Below are positions 53,101 to 64,000 of a DNA stretch of 64,000 nucleotides, piece after piece. Location of the stretch: the NCBI GenBank assembly GCA_040285855.1, contig JAUFOQ010000002.1, positions 2,666,001 to 2,730,000 of the forward strand. Direction: 5' to 3'. Origin of the DNA: Eukaryota sp. GEM-RC1. Taxonomy: Eukaryota. A program made the position numbers and the translations under genes. The notes beneath the pieces were generated by a model, which saw nothing but the letters and a program-made list of their open reading frames with translations, made no database searches and was not told where the DNA came from. Position 1 is the first letter of the stretch; each line of letters starts with the position of its first letter.

Positions 53101-56100
53101 GTTCGATTTACTGTTTCCGGTGTAAATCACGTAATGCTTTCCATTACTGAACATCGTCACGTTTCTGAGCTGATTGTTCCCATTGACGTCATCCCATTTC
53201 CAGAATTTTATCTCTCTCGTTTAAATAAGTCTATTGTGTTCTACCCAGGATCGATTCTTTCCGTTTCTATTTTTGATTATGTCCCTGATGGATTCTTCTA
53301 TTTGGCTGATTACAAATTAGAATTTGTTGAAATATTCACTGATGATTTAGTACATATTATCACTTCATTACCTAATCTTTTTCCTCCTGGATTCTCGGTA
53401 TTTAATCTAACATGGCACTACTCCAATTTTCCACCATTTCTAATTGAATCAATTTCCGTTTTTAAATGTCACATTATTGAAATAGTAGAATTTGTTTCAA
53501 TTTCTACTCCTAGAAATCTGACTCTCACACTTGATTACCTCTCAAATCAATTCACGTTTTTATGCAAAATTGATGACATCATATTCCCTTCTGTTATTCT
53601 GTCTTCTTCGGAATTAATCTGTATAGATGCTTTCACTTCCGTTGTTTCTCCCGTTGCAAATGTTTCCATATTAACCAGTACTTTCTCCACCATTGATATT
53701 TACTTAGCCACTGTGGAAGGGCTATTTTCTGATGAGTGTCCGGTAGTAGAGACCAATATCAAGCTGCCAATCATCCCAGAATCATTTTTGATTGATGATT
53801 TCACGGGAGAACTTGTTGCTATATGTAATGATTTTAGGTGTTGTCAAGGATCAATTGAACAGTGTTCCATTACTGTCGGTCAAAATATGTCGTTCTCAAT
53901 CATTTTTGACAAAGAATTTCATTTTGATTCATTTTCCATTACCACACGGGCAGATTGTGAAGAAAGTACTCGACGAGATCCCCCTATTAAAATTTTAAAT
54001 TTCCAAGATATTTCATGGGACTGTTTCTCTATTTCCAATGGTTTTGAGCTGGCGTCTCGTTGTGTTGCTACTTTTGATTCCGTCCACGTCTCTCAAAGCC
54101 TTGATATATTTGTCGCCGAAAATTTAACAATATTTGAAATTGAAGCTTATGGGTTCGACCCTTCTAAATGCCTGAATCCTATTTCACCTAGTTCAGGGTT
54201 ATCTTCAATTGACAGTTATATCACAATTTCTTCAGTTCTGCACCATGGAGGTCAATATTTTAATAATGATATTGAGTTACTACAGCGATCTTCAATGTCT
54301 GTATTACAAATTGTTGATTCAATCAAATTTGATACTTTGATTGAGGCTTCTTCTTGTTATTCTCCCTATTTAAATCATGTTGTTTATTATGAGCCCTTTT
54401 ATGTTCAGTATTTCGAAGTACACTCGCATGTTATTTCAATTATTGATTCAATAATTTTTGTTGAATGTACTGATCCGTTAGGTTATCCTGTTTCTTGTCA
54501 AAATTTAAATTTTTCAATGGTTAATTCAACCTTAAACATGACCATTTACAATTGTTTCACATCTCACTGTTTATTTTCTCTGTCTTTACCCTACACTTTG
54601 GGGAATAATTCTGTATTGTTTGAAATTTTCATCAATAATGAAGTGTTTACGTCCTCGTGGAATTTTATTTTGGTCCAACCAGTGAAACAGGAATTATTTG
54701 GTCAAATTTTAAATAGTTATCCTTGCGATCCAAACACTTTTGATGAATTAACATGTACTGCTGCTAATTTTTCCTTTCTTGTTGATTACTATATGGACAC
54801 TTTCACCTTCACACAGGCATATTCCTTAACCTCTCTATCGTTCTCCTCTTCGCATACCATTGTGTATTCATCGTCTAGTATCATTCACTTTGCATCACTG
54901 CCTCTGGCACAAATTGATGTTTCCTTTTCACTGGATTCAACTACTTTTGAAATGTCGTTGATTGCTTCCGACTGTCAATCACCTAAGGAGTTCAGTTACG
55001 GTCGGTGCTTCTGTGGCAGAGGTTTTCAATATTCCCAAAACGGTGGATGTGAGTTGTGTCCCTTGAACTTTTTTTTCTGATGAGTCTTCTAGTCAGGTTT
55101 GTCGTAATTGCCCCTTCCCAAGAATAACTTTGGAAGTTGGTACGACTCATATTGATGATTGTATTTGTCCAGAGAATTCCCTTGACCCAGATGGGCAAGC
55201 ATGTTTTGATTGTCCTTCGCACGTTTCATGCGATTATGGTCAAGTTAAATCTTATGATGATGGTTTCTTATTTGACACTCCGTTTAACAAAACTCAGTGT
55301 TTTTTCAAATATCTTTGCCATAATAATACTTGTATTTCTGGACATACTGGTGACCAATGTCTTAATTGTATTGAAAACTACACTCTCAGAGGTGGGATGT
55401 GTCTTAGTCAAGGGTTTAATTTGGATTTAATAACTTTAATAATTCTAGTTGTTCCATTTGTTATCATCACTGTCTTTAATTTATATCTGCTTTATTTGAA
55501 GAATTTCAATGCCGTTGCAACTGCTGAATTTAACAGCAAACGGTTTATACTTCATTCATCGCTTCTTTCTAAAGAATTAAAATGGCCCATTTTCAATATT
55601 TTGGTCGTTTTTCCAGTGTGTACACTCATCTATCCACATGGTATTTCGGAATTCTTAAGTGTTTTGTCATCTACTTTTCTCTCTTTTTCTACAGTGAATT
55701 CGCTTGTCCAATTGTTGACGTGGTATATTGCGTTTAAAGTTTTTTATCTCTTATTATGTTTGCTGACTCGCAAACTATCTGTTAATTTTCTTAGTAAAGT
55801 CTGCGTGCGGTCTTTTTTTGAAAGTAGGACTGCTTGAAATTTTCTTTCTTCTTCTTTTGTTACCAGATTGGGCGTTTCTATTGGTTGAAAAATCTTATTC
55901 ACTCAGTTTTTATGTTCAACTGGCTGTTATTTCTACATTTCTTTTGTATTTTTTATTCAGCAAATCATGTTTCTTTGTTTTATTGTTTGTTACGTTTTGC
56001 TTGTATTTTATGGATGTGTTCCTTCCCATTCGTTTATTTTTTCGATTTTCAACTATTGTTCTACTATTCACAGGATTAGTTTCTAAAAGAACTGATCGTT

Positions 56101-56159
56101 ATTTGTGTTTATTCATGTCTTTTGCATTTTTAACTAGACTTTCTTCTGATTTCTTCTAG
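32151..56159 (+). CDS. Giant (~8,000 aa) repeat-rich cell-surface membrane protein, fragmented by 1-bp indels
   Basis: Signal peptide MKLFLLLLQIALTSC; LamG/ConA-like domain ~32900-33510; ~15 repeats of 345 aa; IPT/TIG-like motifs (VSGVNYG, IHGENLG); Cys-rich CxxCP repeats ~54970-55420; several TM segments at 55430-56150. Successive ORFs overlap or abut and join by single-base shifts at homopolymers. Confidence 0.8.
34871..50321 (+). repeat. Coding tandem array, ~15 copies of a 1034-1035-bp unit
   Basis: TTTTAAACT(G/C)TCTGGAAC recurs about every 1034 bp from 34871 to ~49350; the translated units are near-identical; a diverged unit precedes the array. Confidence 0.98.
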
Positions 56160-56727
56160 TAACTTTCAAATTTATTACCAAATAAATGGTTTGTAAATAC
56201 TTTTTGCGCTTGAAATTTTAGATCTTTAACAAGTCACCGTGGAGTTCCGCAAGTGTCATAAAGGAAGTACCCGTCACGTCAACATACAGAAAATACCACC
56301 TAAAGTCAGATACTTCTTGTAAGAATCACAATATCGAAATAATTCTAAAAGACTTGGTGTTTTGACTTCGGTGTTTGACGAAATGGCTACAGATTCCATT
56401 AAACACCGACAGGTGTTTCTATCATTTAAGGACCATGGCAAACTGTCTACAACTAGTCGAATCCCAATAGTTTTGAAGCAACCAATACAGACACCCAGTA
56501 TTTGATTGTTTCTCTTTAGCAGGTCATAATCGATTAACATACGACAAATTCACATCATAACAATCAAGTACACCATGGAAATATTGTGATCCCAAATCAC
56601 GTCCTAGCCTGTGATCACAATAAATCTATTAATTTTACTTATGTGATCACAGTGATCACATGCGTGATTTGTGAAGTACAACTAAGGGCAAACACAATCG
56701 AGACAACGCTCCCAATCATTTGTAATT

Positions 56728-57350
56728 TAGGATTGTAATTTTGAGTCAAGCTGACTCACTGAGCTTTGAGTCAGTGAGCTCGAGTCAGGCTCATTTGACT
56801 CACGAGTCAAGTCAAGCCTATGTTTCTGTCTGTGAGTCAGCTCTACTCAAGTTTACTCTAATGAATAAAATTTAATACAATTCAAACGTATTCTATTATA
56901 CAACGTTCATCGAATTAGTAGCTGTTCTCTGTATAAATTCATTTGTCTTTTCCTCAATGTCTTCGTCAAACCCTATCGTTATTGACGATGACTCCAGTAA
57001 AATTCGTTCTCCTGTTTGGAGTTCTCTGCTGCAAACCAAATTGTAACAAAGAAAGGGGCTAGACTTTCTGACGATACTGCAAGGTGTTTACTGTGTTTAT
57101 GCTCGTGGTACGAAACAGGTGTATTAAATTCACATCAGTGGAAAACAGTAGGATTTGTGTTATGTTATAAAGTACAATAGAAAAAGGCATTCAAAATGAG
57201 TCAGCTCGAGTCAGGTTGACTCATGAGTCAAGTCAAGTCAAGGCAGTCAAAATGAGTCAACTCAAGTCAGGCTTGGTTGACTCATGAGTCAAGTCAAGCT
57301 TCAAATTGTAGGCTTGACTCGACTTGACTCGGCTCATTTTAACAACCCTA
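56728..57350. mobile_element. Non-autonomous hAT-type element (623 bp)
   Basis: Imperfect TIR (TAGGATTGTAATTTTGAG vs TAGGGTTGTTAAAATGAG); GAGTC/GACTC subterminal repeats at both ends; near-TSD TTTGTAAT (56719-56726) and TTTGTAAA (57351-57358), offset by one base. Confidence 0.8.
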
Positions 57351-57357
57351 TTTGTAA

Positions 57358-59232
57358 ACGCCTTCTGAAGTTAATCTCACAATTGATGCTTCCGCTAATG
57401 CCACGGATCCAAAGAAACTCGATTCAGTTTCTATATTTGATGTCTACTCAAACTACCCCCCTTTCAAAAAATTACTCTATGTTGGTTTTATAATGTGTTT
57501 CCTCTCTGGTGGTGCGGTTATCTTCTGGTTTACAATATTTGGTGATATTTTTGATATACTTCATCTTTCCGCAGACCAGGTTCTCGACATTGTTCGAAAC
57601 AAGGCATTCCAGATCGCCATCAGTGCAGTTGTGTTTTTTAAAAAAAACTTTTTTTCCTTAAACTTTCCGGGTATGCTACTTATTGGCCGCTTATCTGAAC
57701 ATTGTCTTTACTGTATCCGCATCCGCTTCATCAACTCAATGATCCGTAAACCCATTTCTTTCTTCGATAAGCACTCCCCTTCAGAAATTGTCAATCGTTT
57801 AGGTGATGACGTTTCCACTATTCACAAAGGATTAGGCGATAAACCTTCAAAGATTGCATTTTTTTTGGTCAATTTATTGTGGGCATTGTGCTGGCATTTA
57901 TTGAGTCTTGGCGAGTTACGCTAACCCTTTTGGCTCTAACTCCTCTTTTAATCTTTGTTGGATTAATAGAAGGTAAATTTCAAGAAGCCAATTCAAAGGA
58001 ATTGAGCACTGTCAAGGCTAAATCCTTTGTCCCTGTTCAACAATCCCTTGCTTCTATCACCATTGTAAAAAGTTATTCCAATGAACAGACAATGTTGGAA
58101 AAATACGCTGAGTCTGCAGCTCTTCCACTGAAGCTATCTATCAAGAAGAGTAAGTTAGTGGCCTTGACTATCGCCTCAATGATGGGAATGATGCTTGTAA
58201 CTTATGGGATTGCCCTTTACATTTCTGGTTTGTTTGTTGCTGCTGGAACTGTTTCCCCTGGTGTTGTTCTTTCCTGTATGTTTTTAGTTATGATGGGAAT
58301 CATGGGTCTGGGTACCGCTGCAGGGTTTTTTGCACCCATTAACAAGGCTAAAGGTGCAGCGGCTTCGATTTACGACTTCATAAAGCAACCCGAAGATGAT
58401 TTGAATGAAAGTGGCTTGAATAAAGATTTGAAGGGTCACATTAGATTGGATAACGTGACTTTCCGCTATCCTTCTCGGCCTGATGTTGTTGTTTTAGACA
58501 ACTTCTCTCTTGAAGTTGAACCACATACCACTGTTGCTCTTGTTGGAACGTCTGGGGGAGGAAAATCTACCATCATCAATCTTTTGCAAAGATTTTATTT
58601 AGCTGAAAACGGCGATGTCGTGATAGATGGAACTTCTTTATCAGAGTTCAATCTTACTGCGTTTAGAAGGCAAGTTGCATTAGTTGAACAACAACCAAAG
58701 CTATTCTCTGGTACAATTAAGGAGAATATCCTATTTGGACTGTTTGGTACTGGTTTGAAGTATTCTGATGAGGAACTTGACGCTAACGTTTTAGACGCTA
58801 GTAAGAAGGCCAATGCTTACGACTTCATTATGGAAATGTCCAATGGTTTTGACACCACTCTCAATGAGGGAACTGAACTTTCAGGCGGTCAGTTGCAGCG
58901 TATCTCTATTGCCCGTGCTCTTATTCGTGACCCCAAGATTTTACTATTAGATGAGTTTGTTTCATTTTTTTTCTTACTCTAGACCAACTTCTGCCTTAGA
59001 TTCTGAGTCTGAAAGAATGGTACAGGAAGTCTTGGATGAAATGATGTCTTCTTTGTCTTGTACTATGATTGTTATTGCTCATAGACTTTCCACTGTCAGA
59101 AATGCAGATAAGATTGCCGTAATTAACAGGGGATTAATTGCTGAGGGTACACATGACGAATTGTTGGAGACTTCTGAAGATTATCGTAAATTAACTAAGG
59201 GGCAGTTAATTGGATTTGCAGATAAGAGTTGA
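57358..59232 (+). CDS. ABCB/MDR-type ABC half-transporter (TMD plus NBD), start unclear, possibly a pseudogene
   Basis: TMD helices; FRYPSRPD, Walker [10 protein letters not shown], signature LSGGQ, Walker B ILLLDE joined to PTSALD by the 28-nt intron 58955-58982, and IAHRLST. Frameshifts near 57488 and 57860. Confidence 0.85.
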
Positions 59233-61605
59233 AGTAATTGATGTTATGTTTTTGTTTGCCGTTAATTTTTTTTTGGTTTTAATACAGTTTGTACTGTACC
59301 AGGGACTATCAAAAAGATATTGCAATATATTGTAGGCCCAAATTTGTTTGCAATACTGCAATCTAAAAAAACACCACCTTTGAAAATTTAATACACAAAA
59401 ATATAATTTTTGAACATAACTATATTTTGTTATTTTTTCTTTAGCAGAAGAATTAGAAATTCTAACTTAGAATTACCGCTTACTATCACCAATCAATGTC
59501 AGATAAGATCACCTCTAAAGCCTAAGACATGATCAGATTATACTTTCTGATTTACCACTAACATTGAGTGTTTACCATTTGCAGAGTGTATCTGGAACTT
59601 TCATCATCAAATTTGGTGTCTTTGATTGTGAATTTTGATCACGTTCGACACAACACAATCCCAATTAATTCAATCATCTGTTTTGACGACCAAAGCAAAG
59701 GTTAGACTCAAAAAAATCTGTTTCAAGATGACTACTAGTATGTATGTTATTTTTGTTAAGTAGATCTGTAGCTTAATGTTAGTGATTATTAGTTGATTCG
59801 TTATTCTGATTACAGAAATGTGCATAATTCGAGGCATACGAGCACTTGAATAGTCAAAACTGATCTTTCTGAAATAGAATACAAAAATACAAAAACAAAA
59901 TTTAAACCGAATTTAAAAAATACAAAAAAATACAAAAAGGGTATTTGCCAACTATGCTTAAAAACATATTAAGTTTTGGTAATATTAATTCTGCAGGTTT
60001 AAAAGTTTTCACTGATTTTGATTTTAATCTTGTGTGCCGTTCTAATGACAAGATTTTTAATGGTTCTGTGTGGATTGATCGAGTTATGTTTGCTCTTTAA
60101 AGACGCCTTCCCAAATAGATAACTTTCATTTATTCCAAGTTGTATAGGGATAAGTCTCGTGTGGATGTGAAGAATTTAACTTCTTCCATTCTCTGAATCA
60201 GTATGTATTAATTAATTGTTACAATTAAACTTATTCTACTCTTAATAGCATTTGTTTTGAAATGTTTCAGAGAAGGACTTTGATGTATGTTATACATTAC
60301 TTTGGAATCATACTAGTAGCATTAGTCACATAAATCACTTTCTTTTGTCTTTGATCACAAAAAAGTCTTCCACAGAAATTAAATCACATTTTACACAAAT
60401 TGTGCCTAATTTCTTGATTAATGGACTCAATTTATATAATGGACATCGAGGCCTTGATTAGGGAATGAATTACATGGAAACGTCAACCAACGAGTTTGGT
60501 ACAAACTCGATTGGACAACTATATACATGTCCTACTTTCTTTGAATCAGAACACATTTTCAGAATAGACATGAATGACTTGAAATCAACTAACTAATTAG
60601 GGTACGCAAAACACTGCCACACGTGGCGTGTGTCACACGGATTATGTTTTTGTCACACCGTGTGTTTGCGTTAGACGTTTTTCTGTATGCGTTTTTATCC
60701 ATGCTTTTCAACTGTAAAAGATAAAAGTTTATCTCTAATTTTGTTTAAATTATGTGTTTATAAATGGAATATACTAAAAATCCAGTAATTTGTTATCATT
60801 AAAACTACACCCATCACTATCAAATCGTACAATAGATTTGTCCTCATAAAAGGAACTCACAGCTAGTGAAGCGTTGGAGATGATTAGGGGAATTGTTTTA
60901 AAAACAGTAAAACCGTTACGATTCAACCACATCATATAATCAAAGCGTTTGTTCATCCTATTTTTTACGATTTTCCGATATCCTTTAAACAATTCAATGC
61001 ACTTTCTCCAAATGGCCGTAGATTGATCAACAGGGCATAATTCATAATCAGCTTGGTTTACATGTTTTAGAACCATCAATGGTTTTTTGTACTCATCCTG
61101 TTTGTTTTTTTCAAAAATGTCTAAAGGGGAAGTTTCAGAAGAAGCATTCTTTAAGGATGGCTTTCTGCAAACATCCACAGATCGACGACATCCAATTCGT
61201 TTGCAGAAGAAGGGACAACAACATCGGCTCTTCGTTTACCAAACAATTGGTTTCGTTTTCCGTCGTTCCAATTACTTAATTCTAAAAATTTTAGAAGTGT
61301 GTTAGCCAAAGGTATTAGTATAGTTACGTAGTCATTATAATTCATTTATAAATATCTTTCCCTTTCCATTTGTACTGAAGGTATCAATAATTATTGTCCA
61401 TGGAAAAGGTGAAACCATGCTAACCCGAGTCCTTCTAGTGAAGACTCGTCTAATCGTAGATTCTATGAGTCCAGCTCATAAGATTCGACTTCTACCGACA
61501 TAAGTCCTGTTTCAGGCATTCGTAGTCCCTCTCCTTCAAAAGGAGGCGGAAGCTCATCTCCCTCATCCAATTTGGAAGGCGGAAATGATGCTGGAGACAG
61601 ACTTC

Positions 61606-61760
61606 CATTCTTTGTGGAAGGCGGCTTCTCCAAGGACGTAAGACCCCCATTCTTTGTGGAAGGCGGCTTCTCCAAGGACGTAAGACTCCCATCCTCTGTG
61701 GAAGGCGGCAGTCAAGGACGTAAGACCCCCATCCAATACGGGTGGCGGCAGTCAAGGAGG
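61606..61760 (+). repeat. ~39-bp tandem repeat (about 4 degenerate copies) in the gag-position region of the LTR element
   Basis: CCATTCTTTGTGGAAGGCGGCTTCTCCAAGGACGTAAGA repeated; translates as PFFVEGGFSKDVR. Confidence 0.85.
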
Positions 61761-62559
61761 TCTAACTTCCTCAGTAATAGACATTGAGTCTTTATTGAAC
61801 AAGTTTAGACCTCCTAGGGGTTATCAATAGTGTTACGCTACCACTTTGTCAGCAGAAAGTAACCTTGAACCTGTTTTTTTTTAAGCAATAGTATCAGTAG
61901 TACTGTTGTTGTTTTCAAATAAAGAACCTGTATTGAACAGAGTACCAGTTCCTTAGGTGAGGTCAACTGAAGTGACTAATGAGATCATCGATTTATTCGT
62001 AAAGGATACTTCAATGTAGATCCAAGTCAACAACTATCCCATCTGAGCATGTATGCCTATCATTGATAGAAGAACTCAATCATTCTTCAAGAATTCACTC
62101 ACAGTCACACTCTGAGGAATTCTCAAGATTATTGATCAACATTTGTGTTGTTTGAATTGATGTTATGTCTTGAAACTGTGTCATTCGTTAATGAACCATC
62201 AAGCAAGTCCCTTGTAGCAGGCTTATAAACAGATAATGTTTCTTTTGCACTTTATTCTGGAGATAGCAGGAGCTTTTCAGTGTTTTGTTATAAATAACTG
62301 TCTATATCTGATGTTTCACCTGTACAAGGAAGATGTAAGTCCCTCCATTTCGTTAGACGGCATTAAGAGTTGAGTTTGTCTACTATGTGAACCCCATGAA
62401 CGATTTAGTTGGAGTTGTACTCACTTTATTTTTGCGTTCTGGTAAGACTATAAGCCCTATACGCTTTCACCCTCACTTCCAAAAGATCAGAGTGGAAACC
62501 AATACCTCTTGGTGTTTGTAGTTTCTTTCACCAGATACACCATTCTGTGCCCCTTCGAA

Positions 62560-63446
62560 GAAATATCAATAGTAAAGAAATAGCATATTGTCTTGTGTGA
62601 GATGTGATTGTTAGTTTCGGAATACTGTTGTGTATCCATAGTGATAATGGTACTCAGTTTGCCAATGCTATTTTCGAGGCAGTTTGTAACCTACTGGCGA
62701 TTGAAGAAAGTCGTTCGATTCCTCATTTCTCCCAGAGTAATGGGCTGGTGGAACGACGTCACAGAGACGTTCTGCAAAGCCTACGTCGTCTCCTTGTGGA
62801 CTTCAATGTTTGAGACAATTGGTCAACGTACATTCCAACTGTATAGTTGCAAATCAACGCTAGGCATACTCCCTACGAACTGATGTTTGGTAGCGACTTA
62901 AGTCCTGGTGCAGATCCTAGTAGTTTACTAGATGCTGTTGAGAAATCAACAAAGAATGTTCCGTATATTGACGACATTAAAATGAAACTAGAACGACTAA
63001 CGAAAATGAGAGAAGAGGCAGAGGTTCGACAGACGTCAATCAAGCCCAAGAAGAAATCTGAATCTAGTCAATCATTTAAGATTGGTGATTTTGTGTTAAA
63101 GATCGCCAAAACTAGTAAGCTCCATGGTAATTACTTTGGACCTTTTCTAGCTGTATCAGTTGATTCGAAATCTTCTGTGTCACTAAAGAATCTGATCACT
63201 GGATATGTTAGTAAGACTAGCATTCATCAATGTAAGATCTTTCAATCAGATCTACCTGCTGATCATGATCTCCACAGAGTAGTTGCTTCTGGGGATTCTG
63301 TAGAACACATCGTGATTAAGATCCTAGACATGTTCGATACATTCGATGTTCAACATTGTACTGTCCTTTGGTTTGGTGGTGATACTTCATCAGTTCCCAT
63401 CAAAGACATCAAACACACCAAGGTGTATAGTGAATTTGTAATTTAG
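62560..63446 (+). pseudogene. Retroviral-type integrase remnant with GPY/F motif and chromodomain-like tail
   Basis: IHSDNGTQF, QSNGLVER, TPYELMFG and YFGPF; in-frame stops near 62811 and 62844; tail EHIVIKIL..TVLWFGG..VP. Confidence 0.85.
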
Positions 63447-63746
63447 AAAATGTAGATTTATTTCATAGTAATATTAGAATCGTGACTAGTAACAAGAAGC
63501 CTAAGCTTAAACGTACCTCAAGTAGTAAGAGTAGTCCTAAGTCACCCTCCAACGTTAAGACACCTGTGGCTAAGAGAACAAGGAGCTCGAAAGAAGAGAA
63601 GAGGTAATGTTAGCCAAGGGTATTAGTATAGTTACGTAGTCATTATAATTCATTTATAAATATCTTTCCCTTTCCCTTTGTACTGAAGGTATCAAGTGTG
63701 TTCAACAAATGATTCAATTTTGACGGACTTACACATAACGTGAATT

Positions 63747-64000
63747 TAGTGTTACACCAATTTCAGCCCCAGCCCCCAGCCCAGCCCAGCCGCCCAGCCT
63801 CGCGGGCTGCAGTACAATTGGACTGGGCTGCAGAGAGTTTGTGGCTTCAGCCCATTTACAACTCTCGTTTTTTATTGCAACATTTATCAGAAGTAGATAT
63901 ATGTATCAATTTTGTAAGTATCGTTATGTCATTGACCAACAGTCATTACAATAGTTAAAAGATACTATTGTGTAGAAACTACTAATTACAAGAATCAATT
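63747..64000. mobile_element. Possible left end of a hAT-type element running out of the window
   Basis: Begins TAGTGTTAC where the non-LTR homology stops, followed by clustered CAGCC/GGCTG motifs like the subterminal arrays of other elements here; the other end is not visible. Confidence 0.4.

Larger units (their letters stand above)
61300..63694 (+). mobile_element. Internally deleted Ty3/gypsy-type LTR retrotransposon (2395 bp) with 87-bp LTRs
   Basis: LTRs 61300-61386 and 63608-63694 (TG..CA, 2 mismatches); flanking AGTG duplication; polypurine tract AAGAAGAGAAGAGG before the 3' LTR; integrase remnant inside; no RT motif seen. Confidence 0.93.
60760..63745 (-). mobile_element. RLE-type non-LTR retrotransposon 3' fragment split by the LTR element
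   Basis: FGKRRADVVV..VD..EKNKQDEY endonuclease motifs; DNA match to 12140-12700 that resumes at 63699 (AACAAATGATTCAATTTTG). Confidence 0.8.

Noticed and set aside
188..59232. Alternative genetic code
   Set aside because: Recognisable genes end in TAA, TAG and TGA and have no in-frame stops once introns and indels are accounted for.
59300..60720. Lone hAT-like ends (CAGGGACTATC at ~59300, TAGGGTACGC at 60598)
   Set aside because: No matching opposite end or TSD could be found.

Overview
AT-rich eukaryotic nuclear DNA, probably from a compact-genome protist (inferred from 26-32 nt spliceosomal introns and divergent housekeeping proteins). The first 31 kb holds housekeeping genes: TBC Rab-GAP, Dcp1, CAND1, Stm1/SERBP1, CSN7, eL18, LCAT/PLA2, a membrane RING protein, NAC-beta, eS4, a COMMD protein and an Fe/Mn SOD. 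These are interspersed with non-autonomous hAT-type (8-bp TSD) and Tc1/mariner/pogo-type (TA TSD) elements and decayed RLE-type non-LTR retrotransposons. Positions 32151-56159 appear to be one gene for a roughly 8,000-aa surface protein: signal peptide, LamG, about 15 near-identical 345-aa repeats, IPT/TIG, Cys-rich repeats and a multi-pass membrane C-terminus. The right end has an ABCB half-transporter and an internally deleted Ty3/gypsy-type element with 87-bp LTRs and a possible self-priming site, nested in a non-LTR remnant. One-base homopolymer indels break even ribosomal protein eL18, so most frameshifts are probably assembly errors. All calls were made by eye, with no database searches.
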